A stretch of 64,000 nucleotides of DNA from an uncultured delta proteobacterium. GTDB taxonomy: Bacteria; Myxococcota_A; Polyangia; Polyangiales; Polyangiaceae. The notes below the pieces were generated by a model. It searched no databases and was not told the DNA's origin. It worked only from the letters and a program-made list of their open reading frames with translations. Shown piece by piece: positions 11,900 through 20,882 of this stretch (the first letter of the stretch is position 1; each line of letters opens with the position of its first letter). A program made the position numbers and the translations under genes. The stretch covers positions 704,001 to 768,000 of the forward strand of contig CAWJCS010000002.1 of assembly GCA_963841435.1 (NCBI GenBank), in the 5' to 3' direction.

Positions 11900-12709
11900 T
11901 CAGGGCCCCGTTGTGGGCTCGGCTTCTCCCATCAACGAGCGCACGCGCTTCGCGTACGGGCCGTTCGGATGGCGGGCCACGAACTTTTGCCCCAGTCGCA
12001 GCGCTGCGGGGCAATCGCCGCTCTTCAGGAGCGCGTCAACCCTGAGCACGGTCGCTTCCATCGTGAGGCGACCGCGCGGGAAGCGTCGCGAGTACTCGTC
12101 GAGCTTCGCGAGCGCCTGGGTCTCGTTTCCTCGGGCGAGCGCGCCGCGGGCCGCGTCGAGCGTCGCGAGCTCGAGCGATAGGGTGTCGGTCGCGCGCTCG
12201 GCGGGTGCGCGCGCGGGCTCGGCGGGGTTTTGGAGCCGATCGGTTTGCTCCGCCGCGGGCTCCGGGGCCGGTGGGGTCTCAACCGCGCGATCCTGCGGCG
12301 CTGGCCGCGGCGCCGGCGAAGCCTGGGCGGGACCGGGCGGCGACGGGGCCGGCGGTGGTGAGGGCGTATGGAGCGTCGTGCCCGCGTAGATGGCGAGCGC
12401 GCCACCGATGGCCGCGACCGTGACGCGCAGGGCCACGCCCGTGCCGAGCCAGCCGAGCTTCGTGGCGGCCGCCGCTGCTGTCGCCTTGGCGCCCGAGGCC
12501 GCGGCGGTGCCGGAGGCGACTGTCGTGCTCGCTGCGTGAGCGCCGGCGCCCGAGGCCACGGTGCCTGCGGTGAGGAGCCCGGCGACTCCGAGCCCTGCCG
12601 CGATTTCGCGTCGGCTGCTCGCGCTCGGCGCGTCGTTTCGCCCGGCGCGCAGCAAGCGCGACTCGAGCTCGTCGGCGCCGCCGTCGAGCAAGCGCTGCGG
12701 ATCATTCAT
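11900..12709 (-). CDS. Putative membrane anti-sigma factor with C-terminal TPR-like domain
   Basis: MNDPQRLL...LLRAGRNDAP, one TM segment, Pro-rich linker, ELATLDAARGAL...YSRRFPRGRL.MEA. ATGA overlap with the sigma gene. Confidence 0.75.
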   Translation of the reverse strand: MNDPQRLLDGGADELESRLLRAGRNDAPSASSRREIAAGLGVAGLLTAGTVASGAGAHAASTTVASGTAAASGAKATAAAAATKLGWLGTGVALRVTVAAIGGALAIYAGTTLHTPSPPPAPSPPGPAQASPAPRPAPQDRAVETPPAPEPAAEQTDRLQNPAEPARAPAERATDTLSLELATLDAARGALARGNETQALAKLDEYSRRFPRGRLTMEATVLRVDALLKSGDCPAALRLGQKFVARHPNGPYAKRVRSLMGEAEPTTGP

Positions 12710-13350
12710 GGTTTGCCTCTTGCGGAGCCGTCCAGGCCCAAGGCCTGAACCCCCTGGTGGAAAACCTCCCGCGAGCGCCGGAGCCTCGTCGCGACCGTGC
12801 CGCGCGGGAGCAAAAGCGCGCGAGCGATCTCGTCGACGCTGAGCTCCTCGAGCTCGAACAATGCGAACACGGTGCGAAGCTCGAGCGGCATCGAGTCGAG
12901 CACTCGGTCGAGGAGCTCGCGCGCCTCCAGCCGCTGCGTGAGCTCCTCGGGGTCGGGGCTCGGGCCGCGGGGCGTCAACGACAGATTCTTCTCCGCCACT
13001 TCCTTGCGCTGGAGAGCGCGGCGCGCGTGGGATGCGACCCGCGCCGCCACGCCGATCAGAAACGCTCGCTCGCTCCCGGTCCGGATCCGATCGAGCTTCT
13101 GATTCGCGATCAAGAAGACCTGCTGGGTGGCGTCGTCGACGTCCGCGGTCGGAACCCCGAAGCGACGCAGCGAGCGCCACACGAAGTCGAGGTGATCGGT
13201 GACCAGGCTCCCGAGTGTCGCCGTGCTGACCCCCGCGTCACTCTCGGACGGCGCCGGAGCGAGCTCGGGCCCTGACGGCTGCGAGGAGGGCGCGCGCTCC
13301 GGGTCCTCGGACGTGGGGACGTCCTGTCTTTGGGTAGCCGAGAGGGCCAT
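12706..13350 (-). CDS. ECF RNA polymerase sigma factor
   Basis: FVWRSLRRFGVPTADVDDATQQVF (region 2) and VFALFELEELSVDEIA...GTVATRLRRSR (region 4). Confidence 0.93.
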   Translation of the reverse strand: MALSATQRQDVPTSEDPERAPSSQPSGPELAPAPSESDAGVSTATLGSLVTDHLDFVWRSLRRFGVPTADVDDATQQVFLIANQKLDRIRTGSERAFLIGVAARVASHARRALQRKEVAEKNLSLTPRGPSPDPEELTQRLEARELLDRVLDSMPLELRTVFALFELEELSVDEIARALLLPRGTVATRLRRSREVFHQGVQALGLDGSARGKP

Positions 13351-13496
13351 TTTTTGCCGAGCGGGCGAGCGCGCCTGCGTTACCGGTATGCCCAGAAAAC
13401 TATCACTATTTTTGTGGGCGGCGAGCGCGCGCCCGAGGCCCCCGGCGTTGCTCGGGGACCTCGGCTCCAGTCTGGCGGTCAGATTGTGCTCGAGCT

Positions 13497-14510
13497 TCAG
13501 CGCGCAATCGGGGGGCTCGCGAAGCGCCCGGGGAAGGGATCGGCCGCTTCGCGGCGGCTGATCTCGCGATCCGTCCAGGGTCGAGTCGCGCCCCGCTCGG
13601 CAAAGAAGGCCACGCCGATGACGCCCACGTTGCGCGCGCCACCTTTTCCAGCAGCGTACGAGCCGCGCACGCTTCCAAAGCGGAAGGCCGCCACCTGGTC
13701 CATGCTCTGCCTGAAGCCGTCGATCTCCACCGTCGCGAAAGGCTGCACGAGATAGCCGCGTTTCGACAGCGTGCCGGCCTTGCCGTCGATGACGTCGAGG
13801 CCGTCCACCGTGACGACCGCCTCGAAACGGCTCGACGAGTGGTTCTCGATTTCGATCATGTAGCGTTGGCCCATCTCACCCTGCACGAGGGTGCGACCGT
13901 TGCCCACGAAGGTCGGTAGCGAGGAGCCGCTGCCGTCCGTCACGCGCACGGTCAGCATGCCGTTGTCGATGGGCGGACGATCCGCGCGAAAGCTCGCGAA
14001 GCTGGCGTTGCTCAGCATCGCGCCGATGCCCGTCGCATCGTTGTAGTGGATGCTCGCGACGGAGAACGGGCCACCGCTCGCGCGCTCGAAGGGCGCGTTC
14101 GACACGTGGCTCGTCATCGACTCGCCCCAGGTCGTACCGAGCCCGGGGCGCTCGGGCTCGATGTCGAGCGGGCGGCTCGACTTCTTCGGCTCGAGGCTCG
14201 CTCGCGACCTCGGGCTCGGAGCGTCGGCTGACGTGCCCGACCCCGCGGAAGCTTCCGCCGAGGCCGGCGGAGCCGCGGGGGCCTGCTCCGGCAGCGCCTC
14301 GTCGTCGTTCCCCGGCTCGCTCTCGCCGCGGGCAATCCCGCCCTCGCTCGCGGGCTCCGCCGGAAACGGTGAAGGCTCGGCAGTCGTTGCTCCGTGCACC
14401 GGGGTCGCGCCTCCCGGAAGCCCCGTGTTGGGCGCCGGCTTTTCAGCCGCAGCGCAACCAAAGGCGAGGATGCCCGCCGTCAAAATCGAAAAGCTCGTGT
14501 TCGTTCTCAT
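13497..14510 (-). CDS. Hypothetical lipoprotein
   Basis: Lipobox AFGC, GGAGGA ribosome-binding site, disordered linker, then VVTVDGLDVIDG...GYLV...IDGFRQS...AAFRF...NVGVIGVAFF. Confidence 0.75.
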   Translation of the reverse strand: MRTNTSFSILTAGILAFGCAAAEKPAPNTGLPGGATPVHGATTAEPSPFPAEPASEGGIARGESEPGNDDEALPEQAPAAPPASAEASAGSGTSADAPSPRSRASLEPKKSSRPLDIEPERPGLGTTWGESMTSHVSNAPFERASGGPFSVASIHYNDATGIGAMLSNASFASFRADRPPIDNGMLTVRVTDGSGSSLPTFVGNGRTLVQGEMGQRYMIEIENHSSSRFEAVVTVDGLDVIDGKAGTLSKRGYLVQPFATVEIDGFRQSMDQVAAFRFGSVRGSYAAGKGGARNVGVIGVAFFAERGATRPWTDREISRREAADPFPGRFASPPIAR

Positions 14511-14536
14511 GACCGTTTCCTCCAGCGTCAGCCAGG

Positions 14537-14565
14537 AAAACGGGGTCCCCCCCGGAACGCTTACA
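14537..14565 (-). promoter_or_regulatory. Candidate ECF-sigma promoter
   Basis: Minus strand TGTAAG-N17-CGTTTT, about 27 bp upstream of the lipoprotein start. It resembles ECF -35 GTAA / -10 CGT boxes. Confidence 0.3.
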
Positions 14566-14579
14566 GGCGTCGCCGCTTT

Positions 14580-16205
14580 TCAGGGGGGCGATGTAGGGTG
14601 CCCGTCGCCCTCGAAGTCCACCTGCCCGCTGAGCCGGGGGCTCCCCACGTAGACGCGAAAGCGCACCTCGGGCGAGAGCGGGAGCTGCCGGCGCAAGAGC
14701 ACGCGCTCGACGCGGCCGTCGGACGGATCGATCTCGCTGAGGGCTTCGCTCACGAGATCGGGGATCCGCTCGAGCGCGACGGCGCGGAGCGGAAACAGGT
14801 TTTCCTCGAGGCGACCCGCGCCCCGGAGCTCGGCGGACGTGGGCTCGGAAATGCCCTGGGCGTCGATGGCGTACTCGAGCACGTGCCCGACGGCGCTCGG
14901 GTCCTCGATCTGGAGCGTCGCTCGGTGCGGCCGCATGTCGAGCGACAGCGCGCGCGCATTCGGCCCCAGCGTGGCGCGCACGGCCCCCACCCAGTGATCC
15001 ACGGCACTCCGCTCGAACAGCGTCGGTCCGCTCGGTGCGGCGTCCGCAATGGCGTCGCTGCGGCGGGCTCGGGCGCCGGCACCCTGCTCGCAGCCCGCGA
15101 GCGTCCCCAGAGTGACGAGCAGGCCGAGCGCGAGCCCCGCGCCCGCGATGCGCTCGAAGAAGCGGGCCAAGATGGCGCGGCCCTCCGCGAGCTTCGGGAT
15201 CTCCGTCCACTCGTTCTTCTGGTGGGCCTGGGCATTGGTGCCGGGACCGAAGTTGACGGCGGGGACCCCGAGCGCCGAAAAGCGGGCCACGTCGGTCCAC
15301 GCTTGCTTCGGCTCGACGGCCACGACACCGCTCTCGGCGAGCGCCTGGACGAGGGGGTTATCCCGATGGGGTGGGGCCGACGGGGATTCGTCGACGTAGC
15401 GGATCGGCGCGTCGCCCTCGACGAGTGCTTCGATCCGGGCACGCGCGGCTCCGAGCGACGTTTGCGGTCCGAAGCGGTGGTTCAGGTTGAGCTCGAAGCG
15501 ATCCGGGATCACGTTCTTGGCGCGACCGCCCGAGGCCAGGGTAGCGCTCACGACGCTTTTCCACTCGAGCCCGTCGACGATTTCGCTGACGGGCTGGAGC
15601 GCACCGAGTCGCGCGAGGAGCCCCGCCGCGCGGTGGATGGCGTTGTCGCCCTGCCACGGGCGGGCGCTGTGCGCCGTACGACCCTGGAAGCTCACGGTGG
15701 CGTGCAACGAGCCCCCGCAGCCGAGCTGTAGCCGGTTGTCGCTCGGCTCGAGCATCACGGCGAGCGACGCCTTCCGGAGCTCGGGCTCCGCCTCGAGCAC
15801 GGGGCCGAGCTCGTTCTCGATGAACGGCCCCTCTTCGCGCGCGTAAAAGACGAGCGTCACGTCGACCTTCGGTCGTTCCACCGATTCGGCAAGATCGAGC
15901 ATGAGGCAAAGCCCGCTCTTCATGTCCGCCGAGCCGGCGCCGTACAGGCGGTCGCCCTCGACGCGGGGCGGGGCGTCGTGCTCGGTGCGGACCACGTCGA
16001 GGTGGCCCGAAAGGACGACGTGGGGCCCACCCGTTCCGCGCACGAGCGGAACGACGAGCGAATCACCGTGACGGCGGATGGCGGACGAAAGCGGCACGCT
16101 CCCGAGCCGCGCGACCACGGCGTCGGCGAGCGCCCGCTCCTCGCCGATGGGTGAGGGGATCCGGCAGAGCCAGAGCAGCGTCTCGACCAGGTCGCTCATG
16201 AGCAC
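14580..16205 (-). CDS. dapE: Succinyl-diaminopimelate desuccinylase (M20) fused in frame to a lipoprotein-like C-terminal domain
   Basis: GHLDVV, GAGSADMKSG, REEG, HSARPWQGDNAIH, WTDVARF, NFGPG...QAH, and adjacent to dapD. An extra domain of about 190 aa begins with a signal-like segment ending LAGC. Confidence 0.85.
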   Translation of the reverse strand: MLMSDLVETLLWLCRIPSPIGEERALADAVVARLGSVPLSSAIRRHGDSLVVPLVRGTGGPHVVLSGHLDVVRTEHDAPPRVEGDRLYGAGSADMKSGLCLMLDLAESVERPKVDVTLVFYAREEGPFIENELGPVLEAEPELRKASLAVMLEPSDNRLQLGCGGSLHATVSFQGRTAHSARPWQGDNAIHRAAGLLARLGALQPVSEIVDGLEWKSVVSATLASGGRAKNVIPDRFELNLNHRFGPQTSLGAARARIEALVEGDAPIRYVDESPSAPPHRDNPLVQALAESGVVAVEPKQAWTDVARFSALGVPAVNFGPGTNAQAHQKNEWTEIPKLAEGRAILARFFERIAGAGLALGLLVTLGTLAGCEQGAGARARRSDAIADAAPSGPTLFERSAVDHWVGAVRATLGPNARALSLDMRPHRATLQIEDPSAVGHVLEYAIDAQGISEPTSAELRGAGRLEENLFPLRAVALERIPDLVSEALSEIDPSDGRVERVLLRRQLPLSPEVRFRVYVGSPRLSGQVDFEGDGHPTSPP

Positions 16206-16218
16206 TTCCGGCGTCCGC

Positions 16219-17043
16219 TCAGACGGCCACGCCGAAATCTCGCAGCGCTGCGTTGAGGCTCGTCTTCTTGTCGGTGCTTTCGCTGCGTCGCCCGATGATC
16301 AGGGCGCAGGGAACCTGGTACTCGCCCGCCGGAAAGCGCTTGGGGCGGGTTCCCGGGATGACGACGCTCCGCGACGGCACGCGACCGCGAAGCTCCACGG
16401 GCGCGCTACCGGTCACGTCGAGGATGACGGTCGACGCCGTGAGCGCCACGCCTGCCCCGATCACCGCCTCGCGCTCGACGAGCACGCCTTCGACGATGAT
16501 GGCGCGCGAGCCGATGAAACAGCCGTCCTCCACGACGACCGGCTGCGCGCCGGGGGGCTCGAGCACGCCGCCGATTCCCACCCCGCCCGAAAGGTGGCAA
16601 TCGCGGCCGATCTGCGCGCAGGAGCCCACCGTGGCCCAGGTGTCTACCATCGTGCCCGCGCCGACGTACGCGCCGATGTTGACGTAGCCCGGCATGATGA
16701 TCGCGCCTCGTTCGACGAAGGCGCCGTAGCGTACCGTCCCAGGCGGCACGACGCGCACTCCCGCCTCCTCGAGCCCCTGTTTGAGCGGGATCTTGTCGTA
16801 GAACTCGAACGGAGCGAGGACGTGTCGCTGCATGGGCCGCAGGCCAAAGTAGAGCAGAATCGCCTGCTTGACCCACGCGTGCGTCACCCAGCGCCCGGGC
16901 GCTTCCTGCGTCGCCACGCGTAGCGAGCCGCGATCGAGCCGCGCGATGACCTCTTCGACGGCGTCCTTCACCTTGGGGTCGGACAGGCGCGCGCGATCGG
17001 CGAAAGCCTGCTTCACCAGCGCTTCGAGCTCGGGGTCGGTCAT
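16219..17043 (-). CDS. dapD: 2,3,4,5-tetrahydropyridine-2,6-dicarboxylate N-succinyltransferase
   Basis: WVKQAILLYF, YDKIPLK, YVNIGAYV, MVDTWATVGSCAQIG and HLSGGVGIGGVLEP. Confidence 0.95.
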   Translation of the reverse strand: MTDPELEALVKQAFADRARLSDPKVKDAVEEVIARLDRGSLRVATQEAPGRWVTHAWVKQAILLYFGLRPMQRHVLAPFEFYDKIPLKQGLEEAGVRVVPPGTVRYGAFVERGAIIMPGYVNIGAYVGAGTMVDTWATVGSCAQIGRDCHLSGGVGIGGVLEPPGAQPVVVEDGCFIGSRAIIVEGVLVEREAVIGAGVALTASTVILDVTGSAPVELRGRVPSRSVVIPGTRPKRFPAGEYQVPCALIIGRRSESTDKKTSLNAALRDFGVAV

Positions 17044-17122
17044 GGGGCGTCGAGTTTTCTTCAGCGACGGACCCCCTGCAACCACGCCGGGACCGAAGCG
17101 GGGGTTCCGGCCGGAAACGCCG

Positions 17123-17950
17123 TCAGCGGGGCAGCGGGATGGTGACGAGCGCCGTGCTCGGCCGCATGTCGAGGCCAAACCCGCCGAGGCGCGCCGCCGC
17201 CTCCACGGCCGCGCGGCAGGGCGCGATCACGCCGTAGGCCCAGAAGGCAACCTCGATGGCGTTCTTCGACGCTTGCGCGCCGATCTCCACCTCGATCCAC
17301 TCGGGTGCGGGTCGCACCACGATGGTCGGCATGGAATCCGAGCCGGACAGCTCGGCCAGCACCCCCACGAGCTGGGCCAGCGAGCGCGGCTTGAGCGGCA
17401 CTTCGGGCACGGGTTGGACGACGGCGAGCCAGGCGCGCAGCTGCTGCCGCGGGCGTTTCCCGCTGGGCGCGGCAGGCAAGCGCTGCCTCAGCACCTCGGA
17501 CGCGCGCAACGGCACGAGCGGCTCGCCCTTCGCGGTCTCGACGAGCTCGAGCAGCGACTGCGCGGCGTCGAGCTCGCTCGACAGGCGCCCGAGCAGACGG
17601 TCGAGGTCGAGGCGACCGGGCGTCCGCAGTGGGCCCGCCGCGATCTCGCCGAGCTCGCGCTCGAGCTCTGCGATACGCGAGAGAAAATGCTCCTCGAGCT
17701 CGTCGGCAACGGGACTGTCGCCCACGCTCGGGCGCAGCGCCCCGATGAGCTCGCGTACGGCCGTGCGCATGGGGCCGACCGAGGCAAGCACGTCGGGCAG
17801 CACGGGCTCGATGGATTTCGAGCCTACCTTCGCGGATCCGGCGAGCTGCGCGAGGTTACCGAGCGCGCCAAGGGCGTCGCGCAGCGTGCCACGTGCAGTG
17901 TCGAAGCCGTCGGCGACCGCAGGTCTCGAGGACGGCGGGGAGCGATCCAT
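17123..17950 (-). CDS. Hypothetical protein (helical N-terminal half; possibly degenerate histidine-kinase-like)
   Basis: 275-aa ORF in line with ndk and dapD; no intact H, N or G boxes. Confidence 0.55.
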   Translation of the reverse strand: MDRSPPSSRPAVADGFDTARGTLRDALGALGNLAQLAGSAKVGSKSIEPVLPDVLASVGPMRTAVRELIGALRPSVGDSPVADELEEHFLSRIAELERELGEIAAGPLRTPGRLDLDRLLGRLSSELDAAQSLLELVETAKGEPLVPLRASEVLRQRLPAAPSGKRPRQQLRAWLAVVQPVPEVPLKPRSLAQLVGVLAELSGSDSMPTIVVRPAPEWIEVEIGAQASKNAIEVAFWAYGVIAPCRAAVEAAARLGGFGLDMRPSTALVTIPLPR

Positions 17951-17995
17951 GGTCGTTTCAGCGCCCCTGTGGGGCCACGAAAGCTCAACGCTCCG

Positions 17996-18415
17996 TCAGA
18001 CCAGATCCATCCCGGGAAAGAAGTATAAGCACTCCGCCCGACCATTTTCCTGCGAGTCGGAGCCGTGCACCGCGTTTTCGCCCACGTTCGAGCCGTAGAG
18101 CTTGCGCACGGTGCCTGCCGCCGCCTTCGCGGGGTCGGTCGCGCCGATCACGGTGCGCAGCGTCTGCACGGCATCGTCACGGTCGAGCGCGAGCAGCACG
18201 ACGGGGCCGCGGCTCATGAAGGTGCAGAGCTCGTCGAAGAAAGGCCTCTCCCGATGCACGGCGTAGAAGCCCTCGGCCTGCGCCCTGGTGAGGCGCGCCT
18301 GGCGCATCGCGCGCACTTGGAAGCCCTCCTCGAGAAGGCGCTGAAGAATGTGGCCCTGCGTGCGCTTTTCGACCGCGTCGGGCTTGATGATGCAGAGGGT
18401 TCGCTCGGTGGCCAT
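17996..18415 (-). CDS. ndk: Nucleoside-diphosphate kinase
   Basis: ERTLCIIKPDAV, FYAVHRERPFF and NAVHGSDS. Confidence 0.97.
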   Translation of the reverse strand: MATERTLCIIKPDAVEKRTQGHILQRLLEEGFQVRAMRQARLTRAQAEGFYAVHRERPFFDELCTFMSRGPVVLLALDRDDAVQTLRTVIGATDPAKAAAGTVRKLYGSNVGENAVHGSDSQENGRAECLYFFPGMDLV

Positions 18416-18581
18416 CGGATCCAAGAAAAAGGGGTGCAGGGCAGTCCTGGGACCACAACGGGGCCCCTGGGAGGGCCCCTCATAGCAAGCCCACAGGGTG
18501 ACGCAAAGCCTTTTGCAGCGTGCGTCAGCGCCAGCGCGCTCGCCCCGAGCCGCGCCCGACCAGAACTGCTCGATGGCGGCG

Positions 18582-19475
18582 TCAGAGCATGGACTTCAGC
18601 GTGACGGCCATTTCCGCCGGGGAAGGGGCCATGCGAACGCCCGCCGCTTCGAGCGCCGCGATCTTGTCCTTGGCCGTCCCCTTGCCGCCGCTGATGATGG
18701 CCCCGGCGTGGCCCATGCGCTTGCCGGGCGGTGCGGTGGCCCCGGCGATGAAGCCCGCGACGGGCTTTTTCATGTCACTCTTGATGAACGACGCGGCGCG
18801 TTCCTCGGCGTTGCCCCCGATCTCTCCGATCATCATCACGCCTTCCGTCTGCGGGTCGTCGTTGAATAGTTTCAGGACGTTGACGAAGTCCATGCCGCCC
18901 ACCGGGTCTCCACCGATCCCCACGCAGGTGGACTGGCCGAGGCCGAGCGCCGTGATCTGTCCCACCGCCTCGTAGGTGAGCGTCCCGGAGCGCGAGACCA
19001 CGCCGAGTCGCCCGGTACGGTGAATGTGGCCGGGCATGATGCCGAGCTTGCAAGCTCCCGGCGTGATGACACCCGGGCAGTTCGGCCCCACGAGGCGCAC
19101 GGGGCGCCCCTCGAGCGCCCGACGCACACGGATCATGTCGGTGACGGGGATGCCCTCCGTGATGCAAATGACGAGCTCGCAGCCGGCATCCGCGGCCTCG
19201 AGGATCGCCTCGGCGGCACCGAGAGCCGGCACGAAGATGCAGGAGGTGTTGGCTCCGAACTTCTCCACCGCCTCGGCCACCGTGTCGAGCACGGGGACGC
19301 CCACCTTCTTGCCGTCCGGCCCTTCCGCCTCGAACGTCTCGCCCCCGCGAAAGGGGGTGCAGCCGGCGACGACCGTCGTCCCGTACGCAATGCATTGACG
19401 CGCGTGGAACGACCCCGCCGAGCCCGTGATGCCCTGAAAGACGGCGCGCGTGTCCTTGTTCACCAAAATCGCCAT
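18582..19475 (-). CDS. sucD: Succinyl-CoA synthetase alpha subunit
   Basis: [20 protein letters not shown] and [10 protein letters not shown]. Confidence 0.97.
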   Translation of the reverse strand: MAILVNKDTRAVFQGITGSAGSFHARQCIAYGTTVVAGCTPFRGGETFEAEGPDGKKVGVPVLDTVAEAVEKFGANTSCIFVPALGAAEAILEAADAGCELVICITEGIPVTDMIRVRRALEGRPVRLVGPNCPGVITPGACKLGIMPGHIHRTGRLGVVSRSGTLTYEAVGQITALGLGQSTCVGIGGDPVGGMDFVNVLKLFNDDPQTEGVMMIGEIGGNAEERAASFIKSDMKKPVAGFIAGATAPPGKRMGHAGAIISGGKGTAKDKIAALEAAGVRMAPSPAEMAVTLKSML

Positions 19476-19566
19476 GTCGTGTCTCTTTCCCTGCTGCCGC
19501 GAACTAGCGCTTCTCGAGGCCGCTTTGCTTCTCGCTCGTTCCTTCGTCTGCGAAGGTCACGGGGCG

Positions 19567-20766
19567 CTAGGCCGCGGCCACGGCGGCGACGATCTTCTTC
19601 GCCCCGTCTCCCATGCCGTCGGCCGACTCGATGCGGAGGCCGCTGCTCGCGAGGATCTTCTTGCCCTGCTCGACGTTCGTGCCCTCGAGCCGAACGACGA
19701 GCGGCACCTTGAGCCCGAGCTCGCGCGTTGCCGCGACGACGCCTTCGGCGATCACGTCGCAGCGCATGATGCCGCCGAAGATGTTGACGAAGATCCCCTT
19801 CACCTTGGGGCTCGAGAGGATCATGCTGAAGGCCTTGGTGACCTGCTCCTTGGTGGCGCCGCCGCCCACGTCGAGGAAGTTCGCCGGGGTGCCGCCGTGG
19901 TGCTTGATGATGTCCATCGTGGCCATCGCGAGGCCCGCGCCGTTGACGAGGCAGCCGATGTCGCCGTCGAGCGACACGTAGGAGAGCCCCGCCTCCTTGG
20001 CCTCGAGCTCCACCGGATCCTCTTCGTCGGGATCCATCAGCTCCGCCCATTCCTTGTGGCGGCCGCTCGCGTTGTCGTCGAAGTTGAGCTTCGCGTCGAG
20101 CGCGAGAACGTGGCCGTCCTTGGTCACGACGAGCGGATTGATCTCGCAGAGCGAGCAGTCTTCTTTGTCGAACAGTGTCGCGAGCTTCGTGACGATCTTC
20201 ACGAACTCGCCGACCGTCGCCTTCGCGTCGGGCACTCCCGCGTGGACGCCGAGCCCGAACGCGAGCTTGCGCGCTTGATACGCGCCGAGCCCCACGGTCG
20301 GGTCGACATGCTCGTTGAGGATCTTCTCGGGTGTCTCCGCGGCGACCTTCTCGATCTCGACGCCGCCCTCCGTGGACGCCATGATGGCGATGCGGCGCTT
20401 CTCGCGGTCCACCACCATGCCGAGGTAGAGCTCGCGCGCGATGTCGAGGCCCTGCTCGACGTAGAGCCTTCTCACCTTCTGGCCCTCGGGGCCCGTCTGG
20501 TGTGTCACGAGCTGCATGCCGAGCAGCTTCTTCGCGACCTCGCCGGCTTCTTTGGCGCCACCCTTCACGACCTTCACGCCGCCGCCCTTGCCGCGACCGC
20601 CGGCGTGGATCTGCGCCTTGACGACGACGACGCTCGAGCCCGTCTCCGAGATGAGCTTCTCGGCCACCTTCGTGGCCTCGTCGGCCGTCAGCGCCGGGTA
20701 ACCCTTGGGGATGGGAATCCCGTAGCGAGCGAAGATTTGCTTGCCTTGATACTCGTGGATCTTCAT
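19567..20766 (-). CDS. sucC: Succinyl-CoA synthetase beta subunit
   Basis: [42 protein letters not shown] and [10 protein letters not shown]. Confidence 0.97.
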   Translation of the reverse strand: MKIHEYQGKQIFARYGIPIPKGYPALTADEATKVAEKLISETGSSVVVVKAQIHAGGRGKGGGVKVVKGGAKEAGEVAKKLLGMQLVTHQTGPEGQKVRRLYVEQGLDIARELYLGMVVDREKRRIAIMASTEGGVEIEKVAAETPEKILNEHVDPTVGLGAYQARKLAFGLGVHAGVPDAKATVGEFVKIVTKLATLFDKEDCSLCEINPLVVTKDGHVLALDAKLNFDDNASGRHKEWAELMDPDEEDPVELEAKEAGLSYVSLDGDIGCLVNGAGLAMATMDIIKHHGGTPANFLDVGGGATKEQVTKAFSMILSSPKVKGIFVNIFGGIMRCDVIAEGVVAATRELGLKVPLVVRLEGTNVEQGKKILASSGLRIESADGMGDGAKKIVAAVAAA

Positions 20767-20882
20767 GCCGAGGCCTCGCGGAGGGACCTCTCATAATCCA
20801 CCTTTCGGACGCTGGCGAGGGGGCGGGGGTGGTTCTTGCCGCGACCTAGCTCTGGAGGGGGTGGCGGCGGCCCCGCCGGGGG

